A DNA stretch of 63,587 nucleotides, counting the filler, from Limisphaerales bacterium (GTDB lineage Bacteria; Verrucomicrobiota; Verrucomicrobiia; Limisphaerales; SIBE01): assembly GCA_044225505.1 (NCBI GenBank). It is 3 parts of 3 records of this genome, joined end to end, with 100 filler letters (N's around TTAATTAATTAA, not from the genome) between each part and the next. Parts side by side here need not be neighbours in the genome. Positions count along the whole stretch, not along the records: positions 1 to 23,771 come from JBGAIN010000133.1; positions 23,872 to 47,704 come from JBGAIN010000134.1; 1 more part is not named here. One strand, given 5' to 3'. Below are positions 19,949 to 30,581 of this stretch, one piece after another. Position 1 is the first letter of the stretch, and the number at the start of each line of letters is the position of its first letter. Under the pieces are notes generated by a model that saw only the letters and a program-made list of their open reading frames with translations, had not been told where the DNA came from and ran no database searches. Position numbers and translations under genes: made by a program.

Positions 19949-22506
19949 TGCGACCCGAATCGCACGTTCGGCCGGGTTGGGCGAAGAGACAAATACGCAG
20001 ATATTCTATGAAAAGGATCGAGGCCAAGTGGGATTTCCGTCGATGGACTTTCTTGATCGTGGCCTGCCTGATCTCTCGGGCGGCCCAGGGAGCAGCGCTT
20101 TCCAAACCGTTAATCCTGGAGCCCTCGGCGTTTCGCCATTACGTGGACGAGTTCAATCAGAATGACAATGAGCTCTATCCCCAGGCGGTTCCCAATAGCG
20201 AATCATGGGATTGGCTAAGCCGGAATGTGCCCTTCTTTGAATGTCCAGACCGGGAGATCGAACTTACTTATTACTTTCGCTGGTGGACGTTCCGCAAGCA
20301 GATCCGCTCCACCCCGGAGGGCTATGTCATTACCGAGTTCCTGCCGAGCGTGCCGTGGGCGGGAAAGTTTAACACCATTTCCTGCGCGGCAGGGCATCAC
20401 TTTTATGAAGGTCGCTGGCTGGCTGATGCTCGCTATCTCGATGATTACGCGCGTTTCTGGTTTCGCCAAGGAGCTGAGCCCCGTCGATACAGTTTCTGGG
20501 CCGCGGATGCTCTGCTGGCGCGGCATCTGGTGCAGCCGAATGTCCGGCTCTTGACGGGATTACTTCCGGATCTCGTGGCCAACTTCGAACAATGGGAGAA
20601 GGAACGGCGCGATCCCAACGGCTTGTTCTGGCAAAATGACGGGGAAGATGGAATGGAAGTCTCTATCGGCGGCAGTGGCTACCGCGCCACAATCAATAGT
20701 TATATGTATGGGGACGCAGTGGCGATCAGCCAGATCGCGCGTCTGGCTGGTCGGGAGGATTTAGCCGAGCGGTTTCGGCGCGAAGCCGACCGTATCAAAG
20801 CGCTTGTCCAGGAGAAGCTTTGGGACGAGCGCGATCAGTTTTTTAAGGTTCTGCCGAGAGGAGCGGAAGCGCGCCTGGCAGCGGTCCGTGAACTACACGG
20901 CCTGACCCCGTGGTATTTTAACTTGACCGGAGCACGGTTCGCGGTCGCTTGGAAACAACTGCTCGAGCCGCAAGGGTTTTACGCTCCATTCGGTCCCACG
21001 ACGACCGAACAGCGGGCGCCAGGTTTTCGGGTGGCTTACGAAGGGCATGAATGTCAGTGGAACGGCCCGAGTTGGCCATACTCAACCTCCGTCACTCTCG
21101 TGGGGCTGGCGAACTTGCTCAATGGCCCAGCGCAAGACGCAATCGATGCGAGCGCTTATTTCACGGTATTGCGGAACTTTGCCCTTAGCCACCGCCTGCG
21201 CTTGTCCGACGGACGAGTCGTCCCTTGGATTGATGAGAACTTAAACCCCTTTACGGGAGATTGGATCGCACGAACACTCCTAGAACAGCGGGGTTCCAAG
21301 ATTCCGGAGCGCGGGAAAGACTACAATCACTCCACCTTTTGTGATCTCGTCATCACTGGGCTGATCGGTCTGCGCGCCCGAAATGATGATCAAGTGGAAG
21401 TAAACCCATTAACCCCCAAGACGTGGGATTACTTTTGCCTGGATCGCGTGCCGTACCGAGGCCGGGTGTTATCTATTGTGTGGGACAGAACAGGCAACCG
21501 CTACGGGAAGGGGAAAGGGTTATCCGTTTATGCAGATGGCCAACGAATCAGCGATAGCGAATCGCTGCAGCGAGTCATCGGAACATTGCCAGTCTCTGCG
21601 CAGACGCCCGCATCCGAAAAAGCCGTCGCTGGGTGGAATAAGTTCGAAGGGAATCCGGTTATGGGAGGAAAGTATGGTACCTGCTTTGATGTCGCCGTAC
21701 TGCGAGAACCCGCGAATTATCGCATGTGGCTTTCTTGGCGGCCTAAGATAAGCCTCGCCATCGTGGACAGCCAGGACGGCATTCATTGGACGGAACCTCC
21801 AAAAACGGTGCTTGGTCCGCGTCCGGAAACGGGCTGGGAAGACGATATCAACCGTCCTGCGGTTCTAAAGCGAGGGGACACCTATCATCTTTGGTACACC
21901 GGACAAGCTCGGGAACATTCGTGGATCGGATACGCGATTAGCCCGGACGGCGTGAATTGGAAGCGCAGAAGCGAGCGTCCAGTCCTTTCGCCAGAGCTAC
22001 CTTGGGAGAAGGTGGCGGTAATGTGCCCGCACGTCATTTGGGATGAATCCAAGGCGCTCTATCGAATGTGGTATTCGGGGGGCGAACAAAATGAACCGAA
22101 CGCGATTGGTTACGCCACCAGCCCGGACGGTTTGGTTTGGCAGAAACATCCTGCGAATCCAATCTTTACTCCTGACGCAATGCTGCCATGGGAGCGTCAT
22201 AAAGTGACCGCATGCCAAGTCATTCAGCAAGGCGACTGGCACTTGATGTTCTACATCGGGTTTCGCGACGAACCGCATGCACAAATTGGCCTGGCGCGGT
22301 CTCGCGACGGCATTTCAGGCTGGCAGCGACATCCTGGGAATCCCATCGTGCGGCCAGGCATGAAGGAGTGGGACCACGACGCGTGCTACAAACCCTTTGC
22401 GGTCTTCGACGGCGAGAAATGGCTTTTGTGGTACAACGGACGTCATGATGCCCTGGAGCAAATTGGCGTTGTCTTCCATCCAGGCCTCGACCTGGGATTC
22501 GAGTGA
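19948..22506 (+). CDS. Secreted MGH1/GH63-like (alpha/alpha)6 glycosidase fused to a five-bladed beta-propeller glycosidase domain
   Basis: YYFRWW, CAAGHHFYEGRWL, DGMEVSI, CQWNGPSWP and DYNHSTFCD. C-terminal repeats of YxMWY...IGYAxSPDGxxW...NP. TGATG overlap with the upstream gene; alternative start 20008. Confidence 0.8.
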   Translation: MRPESHVRPGWAKRQIRRYSMKRIEAKWDFRRWTFLIVACLISRAAQGAALSKPLILEPSAFRHYVDEFNQNDNELYPQAVPNSESWDWLSRNVPFFECPDREIELTYYFRWWTFRKQIRSTPEGYVITEFLPSVPWAGKFNTISCAAGHHFYEGRWLADARYLDDYARFWFRQGAEPRRYSFWAADALLARHLVQPNVRLLTGLLPDLVANFEQWEKERRDPNGLFWQNDGEDGMEVSIGGSGYRATINSYMYGDAVAISQIARLAGREDLAERFRREADRIKALVQEKLWDERDQFFKVLPRGAEARLAAVRELHGLTPWYFNLTGARFAVAWKQLLEPQGFYAPFGPTTTEQRAPGFRVAYEGHECQWNGPSWPYSTSVTLVGLANLLNGPAQDAIDASAYFTVLRNFALSHRLRLSDGRVVPWIDENLNPFTGDWIARTLLEQRGSKIPERGKDYNHSTFCDLVITGLIGLRARNDDQVEVNPLTPKTWDYFCLDRVPYRGRVLSIVWDRTGNRYGKGKGLSVYADGQRISDSESLQRVIGTLPVSAQTPASEKAVAGWNKFEGNPVMGGKYGTCFDVAVLREPANYRMWLSWRPKISLAIVDSQDGIHWTEPPKTVLGPRPETGWEDDINRPAVLKRGDTYHLWYTGQAREHSWIGYAISPDGVNWKRRSERPVLSPELPWEKVAVMCPHVIWDESKALYRMWYSGGEQNEPNAIGYATSPDGLVWQKHPANPIFTPDAMLPWERHKVTACQVIQQGDWHLMFYIGFRDEPHAQIGLARSRDGISGWQRHPGNPIVRPGMKEWDHDACYKPFAVFDGEKWLLWYNGRHDALEQIGVVFHPGLDLGFE

Positions 22507-23429
22507 AGGCGCATTGGAAATCTCGGAGGGCCGGTATCGGGATGAGCCACGCGTTTGCCCTAGCCCTTTCTATTGGTTTTTCGCCAGTCCGCGCTGCTCA
22601 GTTCGAAATGCTTCCGTTACCACCGCTTCTCACGGACGGTCAGCCCGCGCGCGCTCACACGCAAGGGCTGGAATTCGTTGGGACCAATCTGTATGTCACG
22701 GCACGTCTCGAGACCACGGTCCCAAAACGTCCGCTGCTCCTCCGTACGTCGATCGCAGGGAACCGATGGGACAGTTGGGACCTCTCCGTCAAGAACGCGG
22801 ATGGAACTGCCACAAGGATGGATCATCCGGGCGGCCTCCAATCGGACGGCCAGCGCTTGTGGGTGCCGGTTTCTGAAAGTGTCCGGCATGGGCAGACGAT
22901 GATTCGCGCTTACTCGCTGGCTCAATGCCTTCCAGGCGAGCCCCTTCGACCGGAAGTGGAGTTTCGAGTTTCGGATCACATCGGAGCCATTGCGGTCGGT
23001 CCTGAAGGTTTGCTGGGAGCGAGTTGGGATACGGAAACGGTCTATGTCTGGTCCTTGGATGGCCAGCTCCAACACACGCTCATGGGATCGGATCTGAAAG
23101 CTCGCGGGCTCGGCTCGGTCTCCGGATCCTCAGCGTATTCTGGTCTTGCCGTCCAGGACTGGAAGTTCTGGGACGGACGTTTATGGGCCTCTGGGCTGGT
23201 CAAAAACCGAGAAGCGTCGCGTTCCAGCTCTTCAGCGCGGTTGCTCATTATCACGGAGTTGCTTAAACCAGAGTTCCGAGTTCGGACAATCGAATTGCCC
23301 AGGATGGGACAGATCGAGCTTGCTCAAGAAGCGATGGGCATTACCGACAAGTTCGTCTCTTTCATCCCGGAGGATTTGGGAGCGACCAATCGAATGTTTC
23401 GAGCCCCGTTGAGGGAACTACTCCAATAA
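22503..23429 (+). CDS. Exported hypothetical protein, DUF6454-like beta-propeller
   Basis: HTQGLE, HPGGLQSDG, DHIGAI and AVQDWK motifs; GTGA overlap with the previous gene. Confidence 0.6.
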   Translation: MKAHWKSRRAGIGMSHAFALALSIGFSPVRAAQFEMLPLPPLLTDGQPARAHTQGLEFVGTNLYVTARLETTVPKRPLLLRTSIAGNRWDSWDLSVKNADGTATRMDHPGGLQSDGQRLWVPVSESVRHGQTMIRAYSLAQCLPGEPLRPEVEFRVSDHIGAIAVGPEGLLGASWDTETVYVWSLDGQLQHTLMGSDLKARGLGSVSGSSAYSGLAVQDWKFWDGRLWASGLVKNREASRSSSSARLLIITELLKPEFRVRTIELPRMGQIELAQEAMGITDKFVSFIPEDLGATNRMFRAPLRELLQ

Positions 23430-23771
23430 AGCCCCTGACGGCGCATTGAGCGGAAACGCGGTTCGGACACGTTGTTGGCATGTTGCTAGGCCGCGACGGA
23501 TGCGAAAAAGGAGCCCTGGTGGACATTTCTTTACACCGGCTCCGAACAAACAATGACACTTTCTCAGGTCCGGGCTCTGCGGCGAGTGGCTGTTTCGCTC
23601 CAACATCAATTGTGTGCAAGGAGTAAGCGCATTTGCACCCGTCTGGACATGGGGTGGCATTCTGACTGCTTGGCAGAGAATTGGACATATTCCCGGCGAT
23701 CGGAATCGCTGCGTGTTTTAGACCTGGAACCAATAATTGCGACCGAGAGTCACGATTGGTTCCTGGGTCTT

Positions 23772-23871
23772 NNNNNNNNNNNNNNNNNNNNNNNNNNNNN
23801 NNNNNNNNNNNNNNNTTAATTAATTAANNNNNNNNNNNNNNNNNNNNNNNNNNNNNNNNNNNNNNNNNNNN
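23772..23871. other. Artificial contig spacer (44 N + TTAATTAATTAA + 44 N)
   Basis: Six-frame stop linker embedded in Ns; identical layout at 47705-47804. Confidence 0.97.
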
Positions 23872-23975
23872 GGAACCGGGTGGGCGGGAGGGGCGGCATC
23901 CGGTGCAGGGTTAGGCTGCGCGTGCAGCACTGCTTGCCACAGGAACGCGCAGATAATGGCGAAAGAAGTTTTCAC
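23872..23975 (-). CDS. 5' fragment of an exported protein, possibly the secretin (GspD) of the operon; cut by contig end
   Basis: GTG start gives MKTSFAIICAFLWQAVLHAQPNPAPDAAPPAHPV (signal peptide plus Pro-rich linker). Identity is inferred only from its position after gspE-L-M. Confidence 0.45.
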
Positions 23976-24046
23976 GATTCGGGTAGTGCAGGGTTAGAGA
24001 TTCGAGGAAAATGGGTTGATCAAGCGACGCAAGCCAGGGATGTGGG

Positions 24047-24799
24047 TTAAGGTTTCTTCGCGGGCGTATTGGTGCCCTGGCGCGGTTTGGACGACGTGAA
24101 TCGATTTGTGGCGGCGCCTCCGCCTGCCGGGAGAATGGGAGTGGTCTTGTTGGTTGAAGTTACGACTCGAGTTGGCGGGATGGCAGGTTTGGCAGAAGCC
24201 AAGTCGGAAGGACGCGGACTGGAAGTCGGAGAAACCTTGGCCGGTGTCGTTCGTTGGTAACTGGCGACTAACGTCATTTGACTATCCAGCTTTGTGCCTG
24301 ACGTGTCGGGCTTCACACTCAGGTCTTTCACTCGTATCAAAGAGTTTGTTGACGTCAAACTGACGAGAAAGTTGATCAATTCTTCGTTGCCTGCCGTGAC
24401 GTGCAAGTTCTGGTATTGCTCTTCAAAGAAGCGATTCGTCTGCGAATTGGCGCTGACGCGCGGTCGTGGATCCGAGGTGATGACATAAAGGCGGTTGATC
24501 GTCGCCTGATTCTGAACCGTTCGGACGAGATCCAATTCCTGTTCATCCAGCACCACGCTCGGCCCCGCATTCTCTAATTCTCTAAGTTTGACCCGGTACC
24601 CAGAGACCTTGGCAATTTCTGAACGATAGGTATCAAGCGTGCGTCGCGCCCGTAACTGGTTCATTTGGTAACGGCCCCAGTCTCCGAAAAGCGGCCAGAC
24701 CAGCCAGACATTCAGCACGACAAAGAGCACAATCGCCACCAGCACGATAAGACGCCGCTCTTGAGGACGAAGATTTAGTTTGGAAGCGGCTGCGCTCAT
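24047..24799 (-). CDS. Type II secretion/type IV pilus GspM/PilO-like protein
   Basis: L..QERRLI followed by a TM helix, coiled coil and ferredoxin-like C-terminus; operon context. Confidence 0.7.
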   Translation of the reverse strand: MSAAASKLNLRPQERRLIVLVAIVLFVVLNVWLVWPLFGDWGRYQMNQLRARRTLDTYRSEIAKVSGYRVKLRELENAGPSVVLDEQELDLVRTVQNQATINRLYVITSDPRPRVSANSQTNRFFEEQYQNLHVTAGNEELINFLVSLTSTNSLIRVKDLSVKPDTSGTKLDSQMTLVASYQRTTPAKVSPTSSPRPSDLASAKPAIPPTRVVTSTNKTTPILPAGGGAATNRFTSSKPRQGTNTPAKKP

Positions 24800-26205
24800 T
24801 CAGTCTCGTGGCGGTTCAGATCGCAGGTGAAGTCCCAGTTGAGAATCTGGCCTCCTCCCGTGCCGGAACGGTTGACGACTCGCGGCGGGCTGACTTTAGT
24901 AAACAGCGGTTGTCCGTCCACCTTTGTTTTGCGCAGGTCATCATTGTAATCGGTGATCTGGGTCGTTTGTTCGGGAGGTGCAGTCCCCTGAAGAACAACT
25001 TTCTGGCCGCGCTGGAATTGGAAAGAAATGAGGGTAAGATCGGCGGGCAGTTTCTCGGAGACTGCTTTGAACGAATCCAAAGCGGCGTATTTGAGATGCA
25101 ACTGGTTCTGGAGCACGTCAATGCGCTCACGGAGTTTCACCGCGTTCGTGTAGTCGGTGCTGATCGCAGCCACCTGGCTTTCCAGGCTGCCGGTCTGATA
25201 CTTCACGACCTGCAGCGCCACGAAATAAATTAGGACTCCAATCACGTACAGTCCCAACACCGCACCTAGCCCACCCATCCAGAGCCGATCGACAAACTGT
25301 TGCCGGTATTTGGAGGTGAATTCCTGCGGGAGCAGGTTGGCTTGGCTTTCGCCGCGTGCGGCCCGTCGCGCTGCCACCTCACCCAGTTTCGATTCCGGGA
25401 GCGGCTCATGCACAATGACCGATTCGCCCGCCCAGCGTGTCAAGGCCGGTTCCCAGAGCGGCGCGAGAACAGCGTCGGCAGCGAGATAACAGCGCGGCTT
25501 CGACTTCAACCACCCTTCGATTTCACCCGCCCAGGCGGTTTTGGTCAGTTGCTCAATCACGAGCGATGATTGATCTTCACCTTCGGGGAGGTGGATCAGT
25601 TGAAGCTGCTGCAAGCTGCCGCTGTCCCACCAAGCTACTAGGCAAAGGTTATTTCCCGCTTGGATCGAAGGATAAAGCCAGACCCCGTCGCCCTCGACCC
25701 GGGTCTCGAGCAGTTGATGCAAACAGGGCACCTCCAGCCGATCGACCAGGTAACCTGACGTTTCCAACGCACCCAGGAAGGCCTCGACGGTGTCTCGAGC
25801 GGCAATCACGACCACGACCGGTTGCAGGTTCTCCGACTGTTTAGGCAACAGTTCGGTTGTCCAAACGACTTGTGCGACCGGCAAAGGAGAAATCTTCTCC
25901 AGTTGCAGCTCGATCATGGACTGCACTTCGTTGTGGTCCGAGGCGGGCAAATGAACGACTCGGAGAAAAACCTGGTCAGCAGGCAACCAGGCAATGTTCA
26001 GCTTCCGTTGGAACAGTGAGCTCCAGTCTTTGGCAATAATCTTGGCCGGGAGCGGGTCTAGAGGAGAGATCTTGCGCTGAGTGATCAGACTGACTTGTCC
26101 ATTGCGTGCGCCAAACTGCCAGAGTTGGCGAAACTCCTTGGTAACCTGGAGCAGGTTGCAGAAATTGGGGCTGGAAACGCGCGCTTTCTTCACTCTTTCA
26201 CTCAC
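24796..26205 (-). CDS. GspL/PilM-PilN-like assembly platform protein
   Basis: Actin-like cytoplasmic region, ANLLP motif, TM helix, PilN-like periplasmic part; 4-nt overlaps on both sides. Confidence 0.7.
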   Translation of the reverse strand: MSERVKKARVSSPNFCNLLQVTKEFRQLWQFGARNGQVSLITQRKISPLDPLPAKIIAKDWSSLFQRKLNIAWLPADQVFLRVVHLPASDHNEVQSMIELQLEKISPLPVAQVVWTTELLPKQSENLQPVVVVIAARDTVEAFLGALETSGYLVDRLEVPCLHQLLETRVEGDGVWLYPSIQAGNNLCLVAWWDSGSLQQLQLIHLPEGEDQSSLVIEQLTKTAWAGEIEGWLKSKPRCYLAADAVLAPLWEPALTRWAGESVIVHEPLPESKLGEVAARRAARGESQANLLPQEFTSKYRQQFVDRLWMGGLGAVLGLYVIGVLIYFVALQVVKYQTGSLESQVAAISTDYTNAVKLRERIDVLQNQLHLKYAALDSFKAVSEKLPADLTLISFQFQRGQKVVLQGTAPPEQTTQITDYNDDLRKTKVDGQPLFTKVSPPRVVNRSGTGGGQILNWDFTCDLNRHETE

Positions 26206-27941
26206 ATTTCTGATTTGCTGTCGCCCACCAACGCGTTGAGATGCTCCTCTGTCTGAGTCACTCGCAAGACCTCTTCAATCGTCGTTTGTGCAGCCTTGAC
26301 TTTGTTCCAACCGTCCGTGCGTAGCGTTCGCATCCCATTTTCCATGGCCCGTTGGGCGATCGTACTCGATGGCGCACGATTGAGAATGAGCGGCCGTACC
26401 GACTCGTTCAAAATCAATAGTTCGTAGATTCCCATTCGGCCTTGATACCCTAGCTCGCGGCATTCTTCGCAACCGGCACCGCGCCAGAATTTAGCCGTCG
26501 GAATCTCGTCTTCCGGAAACCCAATTCGTCGCAAGTAATCGGCTTCGACTTTCTGTTCCACTTTGCAGTGCGAGCAAATTGTTCGAACCAGCCGTTGCGC
26601 CATCACGGCTTCCACCGATGAAGCCACAAGGAAAGGCTCGATTCCCATGTCGATCAGCCGCGTGAATGCGCTGGGCGCGTCGTTCGTATGAAGCGTGCTG
26701 AACACCAAGTGGCCCGTTAGCGCTGCTCGGATCGCGATTTCCGCTGTTTCCAAGTCGCGGATTTCTCCGACCATGATGACATTGGGATCCTGACGGAGTA
26801 TATGGCGCAGTCCCATTGCAAACGTCAGTCCAATGTCTGAACGGACGGCAATCTGGTTAATACCCTTGAGCTCATATTCGACAGGTTCTTCGATCGTAAT
26901 AATCCGTTTGTGCACGGAGTTAATCGTGCTCAAGAACGCATAGAGCGATGTCGATTTGCCAGACCCTGTCGGGCCGGTGACCAGGAAAATTCCGTGCGGC
27001 TTGATGATAATCTCACGAATCGCTTGCTCTTCCATCCCAGAAAAGCCGAGTTTCTCCAGGCTTAGGAAGATCTTGCCACGGGTCAAAAGACGAAGGGAGA
27101 CGCTCTCTCCGTAGACGGTCGGAACAGTCGAGACACGAATGTCGATTTCCTCCCCCTTGATTCGGACGTTGATTCGACCGTCCTGAGGCAGCCGCTTTTC
27201 GGCGATATTCATGCCGGACATCACCTTAATACGGGAAATCAAGGCCGCCTGATAACGCTTAAGCTGAGGAGGCATCGGCGTCTGATGCAAAATGCCATCG
27301 ATCCGGTAACGAATGCGAAGTTCATCCTCTGCTGGCTCAAAGTGAATATCCGTGGCGCGGTCTTTGAACGCCTCCCAGATGATCTGGTTGACAAACTTGA
27401 TCACGCTCGCTTCCTGGTCGCCCTCCGTGATTTCCTTATCCTCACCGACGAGCAGCTCCAGTGGCTCATCCTTCGCAATCTCGTCGAGCGTTTCAGCGCC
27501 GACGCCGTAGTACTTTTTAAGCGCTTTTTCGATTTCAGGCTTGGGTGCCAGGCCAAATTGGACGGGGCATCGGGCGTCGAACTCCACGGCTTGGAGAAGG
27601 CCCGTGTCGAACGGGTTGCTCACGGCAATGAGCAGGGTTCCCTTCTCAAAACTCACAGGCAAGACGGAATATTGGAAGGCGACTTTCGTGGAAATCCTTC
27701 GTTGCGTCTCCTGGGATATGGATAAGCGCGCCAAATCTAGATAGGGCCAGCTAAGGGCTGTTGCTAAACGTTGCAGGAAAACCTCTTCCGAGACCCCACC
27801 TTCCCGGCTGAAAAACGCCAGGAGAGACTCTTGAGAGCCATTGTCAGCGGCGACGCGCCAAGCTTTGAGCCAGGTCTCAAATTGATCTGGGGCTGCCAAG
27901 CTGGCATCCGCTAAAACATTTCTGATGGAAACAAACGCCAT
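26202..27941 (-). CDS. gspE: Type II secretion/pilus assembly ATPase GspE/PilB
   Basis: ATDIHFEP, RLPQDGR, Walker A GPTGSGKS, LRQDPNVIMVGEIRD, TGHLVFSTLHTND and tetracysteine motif. Confidence 0.93.
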   Translation of the reverse strand: MAFVSIRNVLADASLAAPDQFETWLKAWRVAADNGSQESLLAFFSREGGVSEEVFLQRLATALSWPYLDLARLSISQETQRRISTKVAFQYSVLPVSFEKGTLLIAVSNPFDTGLLQAVEFDARCPVQFGLAPKPEIEKALKKYYGVGAETLDEIAKDEPLELLVGEDKEITEGDQEASVIKFVNQIIWEAFKDRATDIHFEPAEDELRIRYRIDGILHQTPMPPQLKRYQAALISRIKVMSGMNIAEKRLPQDGRINVRIKGEEIDIRVSTVPTVYGESVSLRLLTRGKIFLSLEKLGFSGMEEQAIREIIIKPHGIFLVTGPTGSGKSTSLYAFLSTINSVHKRIITIEEPVEYELKGINQIAVRSDIGLTFAMGLRHILRQDPNVIMVGEIRDLETAEIAIRAALTGHLVFSTLHTNDAPSAFTRLIDMGIEPFLVASSVEAVMAQRLVRTICSHCKVEQKVEADYLRRIGFPEDEIPTAKFWRGAGCEECRELGYQGRMGIYELLILNESVRPLILNRAPSSTIAQRAMENGMRTLRTDGWNKVKAAQTTIEEVLRVTQTEEHLNALVGDSKSEM

Positions 27942-28169
27942 TGTCTAATTATCTAGCTGTCAGTCTCTTGTTATACAAATGAAACTAGAGAAAGTTGCGG
28001 GACCGGTCAAAAGAATTGGCAGTGCGCCTTCCAGCAAAGGCCCGCGAAGGCGATGGAGATCGCTCGGTTGGGCATCTCAAACCGGCGAACATCCGCCTTG
28101 CCTTTGGTCAAAGGAACCAAAGGTATTCCTTGCCACAGGGGCTGGCCGGTTCCCTAAATAGCTGCTGAG

Positions 28170-29015
28170 ATGAAGACTTACGCGACCGTCACGGTAATCG
28201 GCCGGGATAAAACCGGCGTGATTGCCAAGGTGACGAACTTCCTGTTTGAGCAAAAAGCCAATATCGAGGCGCTGGAGGAGCAGGTCACCCGAGGACAGTT
28301 CAGTATGACGCTGCAAGCTTCCTGGGACGCGAAACAAGTGCGCGCTGGGGTCATCCAAACAGGGCTGGAGAAACTGGCCCTCTCCTTAGCGATGGAAGTC
28401 ACGGTTAGGTTCACTAAACCCCGACACCGTCAGCGGGCGGCCGTGTTTGTCACGCGCGAACCACACGGTTTGGAAGCTTTGCTCAAGGCATTCCAATCGG
28501 GTCTGCTTCCGGCAGAACCGGCGTTAGTGGTTGGGAATCGGCGAGACCTGGAGCCTTTGGTTCTCAAACGAGGCCTACCTTTCCGGTGCGTGTCGTGGAA
28601 CGACCGTGATGAAGCGGAACGGACCACCCTGCAGCTCCTTCTGGAGCATGACGTGGACTTCGTGGTCCTGGCGCGCTTTATGAAGATTCTGTCGCCGAAT
28701 TTTGTCTGGCGCTATAAGAACAAGATCATCAATATCCACCCTTCGTTGCTACCAAGTTTTCCCGGCCCTCAGGCGTATCGGCAAGCCTACGAGCATGGGG
28801 TCAAGATCGCCGGCGTTACCGCCCACTTCGTTAGCATGCATTTGGACGAGGGCCCGATCATCGCCCAAGAAGGGTTCCGCATCCGCCCTCACATGACGCT
28901 TAAACAGATCGTCGAAGCGGGGCAGAAACTCGAATCGCGTGTGTTGGTGAAAGCCGTGCGGCTTTATCTCACAAAACGACTCGACGTTTATTGGGGCACG
29001 GTGAAGGAAGTGTAA
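28170..29015 (+). CDS. purU: Formyltetrahydrofolate deformylase
   Basis: N-terminal ACT domain; LARFMKILS, INIHPSLLPSFPG, GVKIAGVTAHFV and LDEGPII. Confidence 0.92.
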   Translation: MKTYATVTVIGRDKTGVIAKVTNFLFEQKANIEALEEQVTRGQFSMTLQASWDAKQVRAGVIQTGLEKLALSLAMEVTVRFTKPRHRQRAAVFVTREPHGLEALLKAFQSGLLPAEPALVVGNRRDLEPLVLKRGLPFRCVSWNDRDEAERTTLQLLLEHDVDFVVLARFMKILSPNFVWRYKNKIINIHPSLLPSFPGPQAYRQAYEHGVKIAGVTAHFVSMHLDEGPIIAQEGFRIRPHMTLKQIVEAGQKLESRVLVKAVRLYLTKRLDVYWGTVKEV

Positions 29016-29183
29016 ACGGGGAACGGGTCGCTGGTCATCCGTCGCCCTCATCGGTCCTCGTCCCGACCTGGTCCGCAGCGACTTCGGGAAGGAACTTTTT
29101 GACAAGGAGCGCGAGCCTGCGTACAAAGCTCTCGAATCATCCTTGTCCGGTCGTCGGCCGGAGTTGATCCTGCAGAGGAACTT

Positions 29184-30503
29184 ATGGACCATTATCTTGA
29201 ACGCGTCGTCGATCTGTTAGATCCTAGCCTGAACCAGATTCACAACATGAGCCTCGCCGCGGCGCGCGAACGGGTGCTTTCTGGGCAACCGATGGCCGTT
29301 CGGGAGATCGACGGGTCTTTTGCGTTGCTGGCGCGCGAAGGGAAGAAGGTCTTTCTGGCGAGATCGCTCGATCGACCCATGCGCTACTTCCTGGCGAAGC
29401 GTGCGGAAGGACCGGCCTTGGTTGTGGCCGACCGGATTGACGCGATTCACGCGTGGTTAGTCTCCGAGGGACTCTCGAAACAGTTCCACCCGAGCTATAC
29501 GCGGATGGTTCCAGCGCACTACATTACGGAGCTCTTACTGATCGGGTGCCCTGATCCTGATCCGAGCTACAAACGATTCTTTGCGCCCCAGCGAAACGTG
29601 CTCGGATCCGATTTGGAGCAAATTGGTTCTGCGTACGTTTCCGCGCTGACTGGCGAGGTGATCAAGTGGTTACGCGCCTTGCCGACCGATGCGCCCGTGG
29701 GCGTTTGTTTTTCCGGAGGGATCGATAGCGGGGCTGTCTTCGTCGCGACCTACTGCGCTATGAAAAAGCTGGGGTTGAACCTGGGGCGCTTAAAAGCGTT
29801 CACCCTTAGTTTCGGAGACGCTCCTGATATTCGCCAAGCGCGCAGCTTTTTGGAAGCACTTGGTTTGGGACTGTTTTTGGAGCCCATCGAGGCCAGCCTG
29901 GACTCGTTGGATGTCGCGGAGACAATTCGCGTGGTGGAGGATTACAAGCCCCTCGATGTGGAAGCGGCCTCGATGGTCATGACGCTGTGCCGTGGCATTC
30001 GCCAACGCTATCCCGAGTGGAAGTACCTGATCGATGGCGATGGCGGCGATGAAAACCTCAAGGATTATCCGATCGAGGAGAATCCAGAACTGACGATCCG
30101 GAGCGTGGTCAACAACACCATGCTTTACCAGGAAGGGTGGGGGGTAGGGAAAATAAAGCATTCCCTCACGTATTCCGGCGGGTTGAGCCGTTCTTACACC
30201 CGGACTTACGCTCCAGCGAAGCACTTTGGCTTTTCGGGATTCAGTCCGTTTACGCGCCCGAATGTGGTGGAGGTTGCTGAAGGGATCCCATTTTCAACGC
30301 TGACCAACATGGATGTGGAGCGTCTCTATGCCCTTAAAGGAGAGATAGTCTCCAGGGGAATGCGAGCCGTTCTCGGCATCGACATGCCCGTGTTTCCAAA
30401 GCGTCGTTTTCAGCACGGCGCGATTTCCAAAGACCACCTGGGGCAACGCTTGCCCGGAGTTGAATCCGACTACCGGAGGCAGTTCCTAGCGTTATACCAG
30501 TAG
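29184..30503 (+). CDS. Asparagine synthase-related ATP-dependent amide ligase with degenerate glutaminase domain
   Basis: PP-loop FSGGIDS; DGDGGDE; KRRFQ near the C-terminus; no N-terminal catalytic Cys. Confidence 0.8.
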   Translation: MDHYLERVVDLLDPSLNQIHNMSLAAARERVLSGQPMAVREIDGSFALLAREGKKVFLARSLDRPMRYFLAKRAEGPALVVADRIDAIHAWLVSEGLSKQFHPSYTRMVPAHYITELLLIGCPDPDPSYKRFFAPQRNVLGSDLEQIGSAYVSALTGEVIKWLRALPTDAPVGVCFSGGIDSGAVFVATYCAMKKLGLNLGRLKAFTLSFGDAPDIRQARSFLEALGLGLFLEPIEASLDSLDVAETIRVVEDYKPLDVEAASMVMTLCRGIRQRYPEWKYLIDGDGGDENLKDYPIEENPELTIRSVVNNTMLYQEGWGVGKIKHSLTYSGGLSRSYTRTYAPAKHFGFSGFSPFTRPNVVEVAEGIPFSTLTNMDVERLYALKGEIVSRGMRAVLGIDMPVFPKRRFQHGAISKDHLGQRLPGVESDYRRQFLALYQ

Positions 30504-30581
30504 CCAATCGGCCTCGCGTCCTGGCACGACTGCCCGGTTCCGAGCACCTTGGCTCGTGAGTGCGTCACATTTTGCGACATC

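Noticed and set aside
23816..23827. TTAATTAATTAA palindrome (also 47749-47760)
   Set aside because: Artificial six-frame stop linker inside N runs; not biological.
23872..27941. T2SS operon physically linked to the CAZyme cluster or the giant protein
   Set aside because: Separated by artificial contig joins; linkage unknown.
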